Positions 54,202-64,000 of a DNA stretch of 64,000 nucleotides are shown one piece after another. Below the pieces are notes generated by a model. The model saw nothing but the letters and a program-made list of their open reading frames with translations. It had not been told where the DNA came from and made no database searches. The translations under genes and the position numbers were made by a program. The stretch is from Ruditapes philippinarum (taxonomy: Eukaryota), in the NCBI RefSeq assembly GCF_026571515.1, contig NW_026857690.1:1-64000 (forward strand), given 5' to 3'. How positions within the stretch are numbered: the first letter of the stretch is position 1; each line of letters starts with the position of its first letter.

Positions 54202-55524
54202 TTTTTATACCCCCGCACAACAAAGTTGTAAGGGGGGTATACTGGAATCAGCTTGTCCGTCCGTCCGGCTGTCCGGCCGGCCGTCCGTCGGTTTTTTCTT
54301 GTCCGCCCAATAACTTAAGATTCCTTTGACCCTTAGTCTTCATATTTGGCATGGAGGTTAGTCATGATTAGTAGATGACCCCTATTGATTTTGAGGTCAC
54401 TAGGTCAAAGGTCAAGGTCACAGGGGCCTTGACTTCAAAAAGCTTGTCCGCCCAATAACTTTAGATTCCTTTGACCTACAGTTGTCATATTTGGCATGGA
54501 GGTTAGTCATGATAAGTAGATGACCCCTATTGACTTTGAGGTCACCAGGTCAAAGGTCAAGGTCACAGGGGCCTTGACTTCAAAAGCTTGTCCGCCCAAT
54601 AACTTAAGATTCCTTTGACCCACAGTCTTCATATTTGGCATGGAGGCTAGTCATGATTAGTAGATGACCCCTATTGACTTTGAGGTCACCAGGTCAAAGG
54701 TCAAGGTCACAGAGACCTTGACTTCAAAAAGCTTGTCCGCCCAATAACTTAAGATTCCTTTGACCCACAGTCTTCATATTTGGCATGGAGGTTAGTCATG
54801 ATTAGTAGATGACCCCTATTGATTTTGAGGTCACCAGGTCAAAGGTCAAGGTCACAGGGGCCTTGACTTCAAAAAGCTTGTCCGCCCAATAACTTAAGAT
54901 TCCTTTGACCCACAGTCTTCATATTTGGAATGGAGGTGAGTCATGATTAGTAGATGACCCTATTGATTTTGAGGTCACCAGGTCAAAGGTCAAGGTCACA
55001 GGGACTTTGACTTCAAAAAGTTTGTCTGCCCAATAACTTTAGATTCCTTTGACCCACAGTCTTCATATTTGGCATGGATGTTGATCATGATTAGTAGATG
55101 ACCCCTTTTGATTTTGAGGTCACTGGATCAAAGGTCAAGGTCATAGGGACTTTGACTTCAAAAAGTTTGTCCACCCATTAACTTAAGATTCCTTTGATCC
55201 ACAGTCTTCATATTTGGCATGGAGGTTGATCATGACTATAAGGTGACCCCTATTGATTTTGAGGTCAATGGGTCAAAGGTCAAGGTCACAGGGACCTTGA
55301 CAAAAAAAAGCTTTTCTTCTCAATTGCTAAAGAATGTCCTGTCCGCAATGTATTGATTTTGACATTTTCACATTTGAAGCATGTAGAATACATAACTTAG
55401 CAATGCACTGGCTTAGTAACCTCAGATTTGGCAGGGAGGTTGTCATTGAGCTGTAAATGGCCACTGTTGATTTTGACAGAGTGGTATGCGGGGGTATTCA
55501 CGCCATGATAGTGGCAGTTCTAGT
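54202..55524 (+). mobile_element. HINE-like element with about 7 x 145 bp repeats rich in AGGTCA
   Basis: tttttataccccgca start, (GTCC)n tract, units at 54301, 54446, 54590, 54735, 54880 and onward, end tgcgggggtat followed by hairpin and ctagtt. Confidence 0.9.
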
Positions 55525-56000
55525 TCCCCTTGAAGGATATGCTTCAAACTATGCTAAAATATTAACCTCTAAAATGTGATGTGCAGAGCGCATGTAACAG
55601 CTGTGCTTAATCAAGGCCACTTCTGTAGGTCAAAGGCCAAATATCAGTCAAATTTGTGTCTTCTCTACAAATCCTATAGCCTTTGTAGAATTTCTTCAAA
55701 TTTTGAACATTTGTTCACCTCAACAAGGCCCTCAGACAAGTTTGTGGCTGCTTTATAAATCCTGGCTCAGATGATCAGGTCAGCAAGGCAAATTGCAGAA
55801 CCCATGCCACTGTTGTGAAGACTCAAGGTCAAAGTATTCCTTGAAGGTCAAATATCAGCCAATTTTGTGTCTGCTCTTTAAATCCTATACCTCTTGATGC
55901 TTTGTCTTCAAACTTGGCTCAAATGTTCACCTCAACATGGTAAAGTGCAAAACCCATGCTGCCACTATAGAAGGTCAAGGTCCCCCTTCAAGGTCAAAAT
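55525..56000 (+). repeat. Decayed tandem-repeat element remnant
   Basis: Repeated aaggtcaa...tgtgtc...aaatcctata...tgttcacctcaaca motifs. Confidence 0.45.
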
Positions 56001-57149
56001 GGAATCTTTTGTTTCTGCACTATTATATACTTTTCAAATGACTTTTCAATCTTAACTGAAACGTTTTCTTTCAAAAAATGATTATCAATTGCATTGCATA
56101 ATATCCTGTGTGCTAGGGATAAGGTGTATTTGTTACTCTGTATATCAGTAGAATTTTATCTGACTTGATGCTTTTAGTTGCACAGTTTTATTATACAGGG
56201 CATATACAGGTATAATGAAACCCCTCAAATTGATAGTTCTCAGAGGGTATAAAGCTATATTTATACTTACCTAATATTGTCTAAGTAACTGCAAAGTGAA
56301 TGGATTCTTAGCCAAGCAAATATAGGAGAATGATATGTTTTAAAGATTTGTAAGAACGAGTTACATGTAGTTAGTTTGGGAGTGTATATATCCCTGTGTG
56401 TATCCAATGAGAAAAACATTTGTTATTGTATTTATTTTTTTTAGAAATAAATAACCACCAATGTGTGAGGTTTTTTGTTTGTTTTATACATTGTATTTTG
56501 TTTTAGAAATAACCACCAATAAACACTGTAATGGTAAAATGTTTGAATGCTTTATGGTATGTATACATGTATAGAACCAGTTCTAGCTTTTTCATTGGAT
56601 AATTGAAATCATGTTGACCACCATTTCACAAATTCAGCAAAGTTAGTGTTTACAATTGTTGAGAAGTTAAATAACAATCTGAATAGCATCTTCCATTAAA
56701 AGTGATAATAAATTACTTTTCTAGTGGATGAATATTAATTTAAAGAAATAGAATAAAGAACCTATCAAATGTTTTAGATTTGTTAATTAAAGACATGTTA
56801 TTGTTATTTTTGTATTTCAATATACTATTTCCTTTGTTAGATGTAAGATTATATATTAATCTATGTTACTTGAAGCTATCTTAAGCTATTTTTGTTCCAT
56901 ATTAACTATTTACAGTATATTTTTCTTAACTTACATGATATGAACAATTTTTCATGTCAAAATGGATTTAAAGATATTCAATAGGTATCATAAAATAAAA
57001 CAATAAACATTGAATACAATTTTATGCAAATGAAAACCATGATTATTTTTTCCTGTTATCAAGGATACCATAGGAGATGAACAAGCTCTTATTTCCATTG
57101 TAGTCCTATAAAACCATTTTCACCAAGTACCTGCCATTTTCATTATTTA

Positions 57150-57369
57150 TTTGAGCCGTGCCACGACAAAACCAACATAATGGGTTTGCGACCAGCATCT
57201 GCGCAGTCTGATCAGGATCCATGCTGTTGGCTATCAGCTTCTCTACTTGTTATAGGGTTTGTAAGCGAACAGCATGGATCCTGATCAGACTGCGTGGATG
57301 CGCAGGCTGGTCTGGATCCATGCTGGTCGTGAACCCATTATGTTGGTTTTGTTGTGACGCGGCTCATTT
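57150..57369. mobile_element. Palindromic MITE, about 220 bp
   Basis: tgagccgtgccacgacaaaaccaacataatgggtttgcgaccagcat pairs with atgctggtcgtgaacccattatgttggttttgttgtgacgcggctca; internal inverted repeat cgcagtctgatcaggatccatgctgtt. Confidence 0.88.
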
Positions 57370-58752
57370 CATTTTTTAGCATGATCACACAACAAATACT
57401 TGACAAAATGTTAGGGACATGCACTATATTTGTTTTGTGCATATTATTTATTAATGAGAACCTATCTATTTGTTATTTCTTATACAATGTATTGTACATG
57501 TTTTTTAATTTATCAATAAAGAGATAACTTTAATGTATAGAGCTGAATTATTTCAATTAAATATATACTACAGAACATTGACAGTAAGACAGCTTTTGAT
57601 TGGCCGACAGAAAGGTCAAATGATCATGCCCTTTTCTCATTTTGTCATTAGATGATGGCTTATATAAACAGGTGTTTTAGGCTGATTGTGAAACAAGTTC
57701 ATGCAACATATCAATCACCCACAAATCTGCTTTCAGTAATTAACCAGTACTAGCGTCCAATTAATATGACCAACAATTCCTGGGTGGAGAGGCTAAGACC
57801 GTAATCACTCGATCACGCTTCCATTTATATCTTAGTAAAGTGTGTTTGTTTATTCTTAGTGTCAAAGTAATGTAAGGATCGATATTCATGATCACAAAAA
57901 TTTACTCTTAGCTCTTCTTTAAAGATTGGTAATTGTTTAAATACATTGTGCTCTGATTACATTCATTATGAGTCAATGGTACATGTACATTTTATCTCAG
58001 AAAATCAGTGTACATCTGTATTCTTTTAAGAAGGTGACATTAAGAGTTACTCATGCATGCTTCACAGTGGCATAGTGTACAAAATGTAATTAAAATATTT
58101 TTGCAAGGCTTTGACGTTTTTTACAGAAAACATTTTATTATAAAATTTGATATGCGTTTAATAACTAGCTGCCAATGCAAGTGAAAGTTGACATTTACAA
58201 AAGATAACAATGTTTACCCTATTATGTGGGTGTTGAATTGTGATATTATCTTTGTCAGTGTTCATTCGTGAATTAGTATGATCATTTGAATTTAATATTT
58301 TACACATGGTGATAGTTTCTGACATGTTTGGTTTAGACAAGTCAAACAAACATTGTGAAGGCCATATGGATTCTTATATGCCCCTTCATACAATATTTCA
58401 GATATTTGCCGGTGTAACGTTGTTAACTTACCCCCATAAAATAATGACCCCCATAAAATAATGACCCCCGTCATAATATTATGACTCCCCTACACGTTGA
58501 AAAATGACCCTCGCATAGAAAAGTGACCCCCTGTAGAATAATAACCCCCACCCCAACCCAAACTATAAAGCCCTTACTGGACTTTTTCAAAGAAACACTC
58601 CCAATATAATTATCTCAGATGAGAAATATAGTAATTTCAATTTTTTGTGCGTGTGTCCGTGCGACCGTGCAACGATTCGACCTATTATTGGACGAAATAG
58701 TTTCAAAATCTCGGGGATAGCTACTTTAATCGAAGTCCAGCCTCAGTCTGCA

Positions 58753-59870
58753 TTTTTATGCCACCGCAGCATCTGCGATGCGGTGGCATATAGCGATTCA
58801 CCTGTGTGTTTGTTTGTGTGTGTGTGTGTGTGTTATATAGATTATATAGTGAACTTAAAAAATCTTCTTGTGAAAAACCACTAGTCCAATTTCAACCAAA
58901 CTTGGCAGGATTGATCCTTGGGTGAAGGCCTTCCAAAGTTGTTCAAAGAATTTCATTCCATGCAGAATTCTGGTTGCCATGGCAACCAAAAGGAATTATA
59001 AGAATAAATTTAAAAAATCTTCTTGTAAAGACCCAAAAGGCCTAGAGCTTAGATATTTTGCATAAGGCATTGTCTGGTAGACCTCTACCAAGATTGTTCA
59101 AATTATAGCCCTGGGGTCCAAATCGGCCCCGCCCCGGGGGTCATTGATTTTCACTATATGTACATATAGTAAAAACTTAAAATACCTTCTTGTCTGAAGG
59201 TACCAGGCTTAGAGGTTTGATATTTGGTATGTGTTATTATCTATAGGTACTCTACCAAAGTTGTTCAAATTTTGCCTCTAGTGTCAAAATTAGCCCTGCC
59301 CCGGGGGTCATAGGTTTTCCTCATATGTATATAGTAAAAACTTAAAAAATCATCTTCTCTAAATTGACAAAGGCTAGAGGTTAGATATTTTGCATGAAAC
59401 ATTGTGTAGTGAACCTCTAGCAAGATTGAACAAATTATAGCCCTGGGGTCAAAATTGGCCCCACCCCCGGGGGTCATTGATTTTCACTATGTACATATAG
59501 TAAAAAATTAAAAAATCTTATTGTCTGAAGGTACAAGGCTTAGAGCTTTGATATTTGGTATATGATATCATCTATAGGTACTCTACCAAAGTTGTTCAAA
59601 TTTTGCCTCTAGTGTCAAAACTAGCCCTGCCCCGGGGTCATAGGTTTTCCTTACATGTATATAGTAAATTTTTACTTTAAAAAATCATCTTCTCGAATTG
59701 ACAAAGGCTAGAGGTGAGACATTTTGCAGTAAACATTGTGTAGTGAACCTTAAGCAAGATTATTCAAATTAAAGCCCTGGGGTCAAAACAAAAAAAATGT
59801 GTTCCTACATTACTATTTTAGTGTTGTATTTATGCGGTGGCATAGCATTTTTTACAAATGCAATCTTGTT
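58753..59870 (+). mobile_element. Nested HINE-like element with alternating A/B ~166 bp monomers
   Basis: tttttatgccaccgca...tgcggtggcata start, (TG)n tract, ~332 bp dimer period, end tgcggtggcatagc...cttgtt. Confidence 0.85.
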
Positions 59871-59923
59871 TACAAATGACAACGGCTAGGGATATGTCAT
59901 CCGACTGCAGTCCTTGTTTGTTC

Positions 59924-60340
59924 TTATTAGCTTGGCTAAACAAAGTATTTGGAGTGCTGTCCTACTCGCCACGAAGTCGGCGTCCGTGTCCAGATTTAAG
60001 ATAAACGTTTTGGTGCAATAAAATATTTTTCACTATAACTTTTTCATTTCTTAAAGTATAAACTTTATACTTCAAATATATGTTCCTTATCATCAACAAC
60101 AAGGTTCACAACTCTAGTTCCAATATTTTCAGATTTATCTCCCCTTAAACTTAGAATTTTCCTTAATTTTTTACAGTTACTTCTTTATTAATTAAGGAAT
60201 AACTTTCATACTTCAAATATATGTTCCTTAACATAAACCACATCTTATGTAACAAGGTTCATAACTCTAGCACCGATATTTCAAGAATTATCTCCCCACG
60301 AATTTAGATTTTTTTTTCTAAAAAAAAAAGTTTTTTTTAC
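59924..60340 (+). mobile_element. Second nested, truncated HINE-like fragment
   Basis: ttattagct...gtcggcgtccgtgtcc head and two units containing acaaggttca(c/t)aactctag...ttatctcccc. Confidence 0.6.
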
Positions 60341-61313
60341 TTTTAAAGGTATATATTTACCTCTAAAAAGATGAAGGCCTATATATAGCTGAATTGCCTA
60401 AATGGAGGCCTCTGAATTCTATCTTTGTTTTGCCAGCTGTTATCGCGGCAGTAGCAGCAGCAGTACCATAAGCAGCAACAGGCACAACAACACGTATACG
60501 CAATTGTAATATGACGTTAACTTTACAGATTATTTTAGGTGGGGTCAATATTTTATATATAAGGGGGTCACTATTTTATATATAAGGGGGTCACTATTTT
60601 ATAGAAGGGGTCACTATTTTATATAAAATAATGACCGGGGGCTCATTATTTTATGGGGGTCACTTTACAACGTTACACCGGCACCTGTCATCTCAGGTGT
60701 ATAATAATGTTTTACATTTTTATGTAAGCATAGTATAAAATTATAAACTAGTGAACAGAATTTACTTAACCTTTGCACGATTAAAGAGATTAATGATCAA
60801 CATTATTTTTTGTCCAATCACATTGCAGTATTTTTCAAATTTCTGCCAAGTCTATGTACTAACTAAATAAAATTTACTTAATCAGTCGTCTAACCAGTCT
60901 AACTAATTTCAATAATGCATTATATTAGGGAGGACTTAGAGGTGTGGTTTGCACTCTGAATTGTAAAATATCTAGGTAAGGCGGAATTTCAACTCAACAC
61001 TTTGGCTTCAAAACAATGCCAAAAAGTGAGGTGTTTCTAAATGTGAGGATACAATCAATTTTATTACATAGATAATACATGTGGGGCGCGCAGAGACAAA
61101 TGATTACATAGTAACTTTTTTATATCCTTTTAACTCTGAGAAAAATGTCTGTTATAAATTGCTGACTGTTTTAAACTTTATTTTTTCTAGAAAAAGTAAC
61201 CAAAACATTATTTTCTTTCAGTTGATAGGAATGAACTGCATTAACAATCCATGATATTAAGAATACAATAATTACATTTTTTGGCTGGAAAACTCATTGT
61301 AAATGTACCCCCT

Positions 61314-63221
61314 TCAGACTTACTTAATATCAACGCTGGTGTTCCTCAAGGCTCAATATTGGGACCTCTTCTGTTTATTGTCTATATCAATGACATTGTC
61401 TTGGACATACAATCAATCATTAAACTGTTTGCCGATGACACATCTCTCTATCTTATCGTTGAAAACCCTATCACCGCTGCTGAAATCATGAACTTAGACC
61501 TTAACAAAATAAGTATTTGGGCAGATAATTGGCTTGTCAAGTTCAATCCGAGCAAAACAGAATCAATTCTTATAACTTAAAAACATCGATCACATAATCA
61601 TCCACCTCTTTTTATTCAAATCTCGGAAGTAGAATCCCATAAACATCTTGGGAGTTATGTTATCCAACAACGGGCCCTGGTGTGAACACATTTCTAATAT
61701 TAAACACAAAGCTTGGCAAAGAATCAATATCATGCGGAAACTTAAATTTACCTTAGACAGAAAGTCCATAGAAACTATTTACTTCTCCTTTATTAGGCCA
61801 ATATTAGAATATGCAGACGTCGTATGGGACAAGAGGAACATGAATTGGAACAGATACAGTTGGAAGCAGCTCGAATCATAACTGCAGGAGCCACCAAACT
61901 AGTCTCACTATCAAATCTGTACAAAGAAACTGGTCTTGAAACTCTTAAATCTAGAAGGCTTAAACACAAATTAATAATGCACAACAAAATGACAAACTTA
62001 CTGGTACCACCATATTTATCTTCTCTAGTCCCTGAATCTGTTGATGATGTCACTCCTTATAATCTTAGAAATGGTCATAATACCAGAAACATACATTGTA
62101 ATACTCAATTCTTCTCTAACTCTTTTTTTCATTCTACAATCAGTGAGTGGAACAAACTACCTGTGGAAGTCAGAAATTCAGAAAGCATCGCCATATTTAA
62201 GAAAAAAAAACTAAAGTCTACACTTTCAAAAGTACCTATATACAATTACCACGGAACCGTAAGTCCCAAATCTTACACACACGACTTAGATCCCATTGCA
62301 GCATTCTAAAGGAAGATCTTTTTCTCTAAAAACATATACATGTAGATTGATGACCCCTTCTGTCAGTGCAGTGAAATTGAAGATTCATGTCACTTTTATT
62401 TTAATTGTAATCAATTTTCCCGCCATAGAGCCATATTCAAGGAACAGCTTCAACAAATAACAACAGTTACATTGTCAACTATACTGTATGGTGACAAAGG
62501 TCTCAGCGATGAAACAAATGCCAAAATATTTGATCTTGTACATGAATATATCTCTAGCACACAGCGGTTTTGTCTTGCCTAGCTCCTTACATAATTCATA
62601 AACAATATATCTGGTGTACTTACGAACGTTTATCACGTGCTTTCATAATTCAACATCTTTTACTATATTATCATGTTTTATACTTTGTCTCTTATGTAAC
62701 AATAATAGTAAGATACTAGGTCTTATACCCAGGATGTAAATACTCATGATAACCACAACAATTAAAATATTTTATATTGACACAGAAGAAAAATTCATTT
62801 TCTTATATAAAAAAAACTATCACAGACGTTTGCTGTGCAACACTGACCTATCATACCTTTCAAAGACAATGGCCACATCTCGTCCTCTGAGTTCTATAAC
62901 TATTCTTCTACATATGTTTCTTCTTTACTATAATTCTTGAGTGTTTATATAGTTTTAACACCAAAAAGTAGAAAATATTTGTTTAGACTTAAGATCGAGC
63001 TTTTTTTTATTTTCATTACTTATCTCACTCTTTCTAGGCGTAATTATGTAATTATTTCATGTTAGTAACTAGTGTACTACATTATAATTTGCTTTATTTT
63101 TACAATTTATAGTAAAGAAATCTACATACGTCTTTGACTTCCTTTTCAAACTTGTTTATATAATGTTGTTGTATCATAATTGTATATGTTTGTATTATAT
63201 GAAATAAATACTGTTTAAACC
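61314..63221 (+). mobile_element. 5'-truncated non-LTR retrotransposon (CR1/L2-group LINE); RT C-terminal part with frameshifts and stops, plus 3' UTR
   Basis: GVPQGSILGPLLFIVYINDI...LFADD, WLVKFNPSKT, YFSFIRPILEYADVVWD, LEQIQLEAARII; 13 bp TSD aaatgtaccccct at 61301-61313 and 63222-63234. Confidence 0.93.
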
Positions 63222-63658
63222 AAATGTACCCCCTCCACCTGTAAACCTAAATTGACACACATAGAAATAAAAAAAGTGAACTGTTTTTCAAATAAGCAAA
63301 TCAATAGGTTTTTTTTAATGTAAGTGAATAACTTGAAGCTAATAACGAATTTGTATTAATTAATAATCTCTAATGTATTTTTCTCATATTTTCCATTTAT
63401 TTTAAAAGGATATGCACATTTCATTAACTCCATTGTTTTTACCTAATTGCATCATTTTCCTCGCTGTTTTTTCCCCACATAAAGGTATAAATTCTGTGAC
63501 ATTTCAGTACAAATGTGCCTGATTATATGTTGAAAGGGCCATTTATTTAGCTTATTTAAATGTGACTTGTTAGAAACTTGACAAAGTGTAGACATCTTGT
63601 AGAGCGGAAGGGCGAAGCTATCAAATGCCTTGTTTTTGGTTGAAAAAAATAATATTGA

Positions 63659-63749
63659 TGTTTAATAATACGCATTAACAAAAATAATTGGTCGCCTGCC
63701 TGCGACAGGCTTGACCAATTATTTTTGTTAAATTACGTATTATTAAACA
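63659..63749. repeat. About 90 bp imperfect hairpin (MITE-like)
   Basis: tgtttaataatacg..ttaacaaaaataattggtc..gcctg pairs with caggc..gaccaattatttttgttaa..cgtattattaaaca. Confidence 0.75.
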
Positions 63750-64000
63750 CTCACCTATACTAAATATGTATAATTAAACACTAACCTATACATAATAGAT
63801 TTTATGCCCACATAAAATAATTTATGTCATTGTTCTGTCCCTATACTCATTACTGTACAGAATATTACGGGTCAGGTTTTTAGCCGTTACGGGTCAGGTT
63901 TTAGCCAAGTACGTCTTAGCCAATCGATATCAAGACTTAAATCATGTGATGTTAATTAACCAATGATTACATTAGATCTATCACAAAGAAATAATTTTGG

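Larger units (their letters stand above)
58407..60683. mobile_element. Non-autonomous TIR element with subterminal tgaccccc repeats, hosting nested insertions
   Basis: TIRs tgccggtgtaacgttgt / acaacgttacaccggca, plus arrays of ataatgaccccc (left) and gggggtcactatttt (right). Confidence 0.8.

Overview
AT-rich, intron-containing animal genomic DNA. The repeat families suggest a bivalve mollusc (inference). Three spliced genes can be read exon by exon from GT-AG boundaries. (1) A large + strand gene (~154-22312) encodes a long low-complexity protein with a TTC3/DZIP3-type helical domain and a C-terminal RING-H2 finger; its middle (~12.8-13.5 kb and ~15.5-20.5 kb) looks like poorly polished assembly. 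(2) SERGEF-like RCC1-repeat gene on the - strand (39620-31173, 10 exons, 377 aa). (3) NF-YA on the + strand (42240-51527, 9 coding exons, 374 aa), head-to-head with SERGEF across a region rich in CCAAT boxes and E-boxes. The rest is dense in non-autonomous mobile elements: Helentron-type (HINE) elements carrying 145-170 bp tandem arrays, TIR elements and MITEs, tRNA-derived SINEs, and one 5'-truncated CR1-group LINE with a 13 bp TSD. There are no prokaryotic features. The best candidates for something new are the motif architecture of the RING protein (two PAM2-like motifs, an LC8-like motif array, coding minisatellites) and three separate duplications of branch-point or 3' splice-site sequence.
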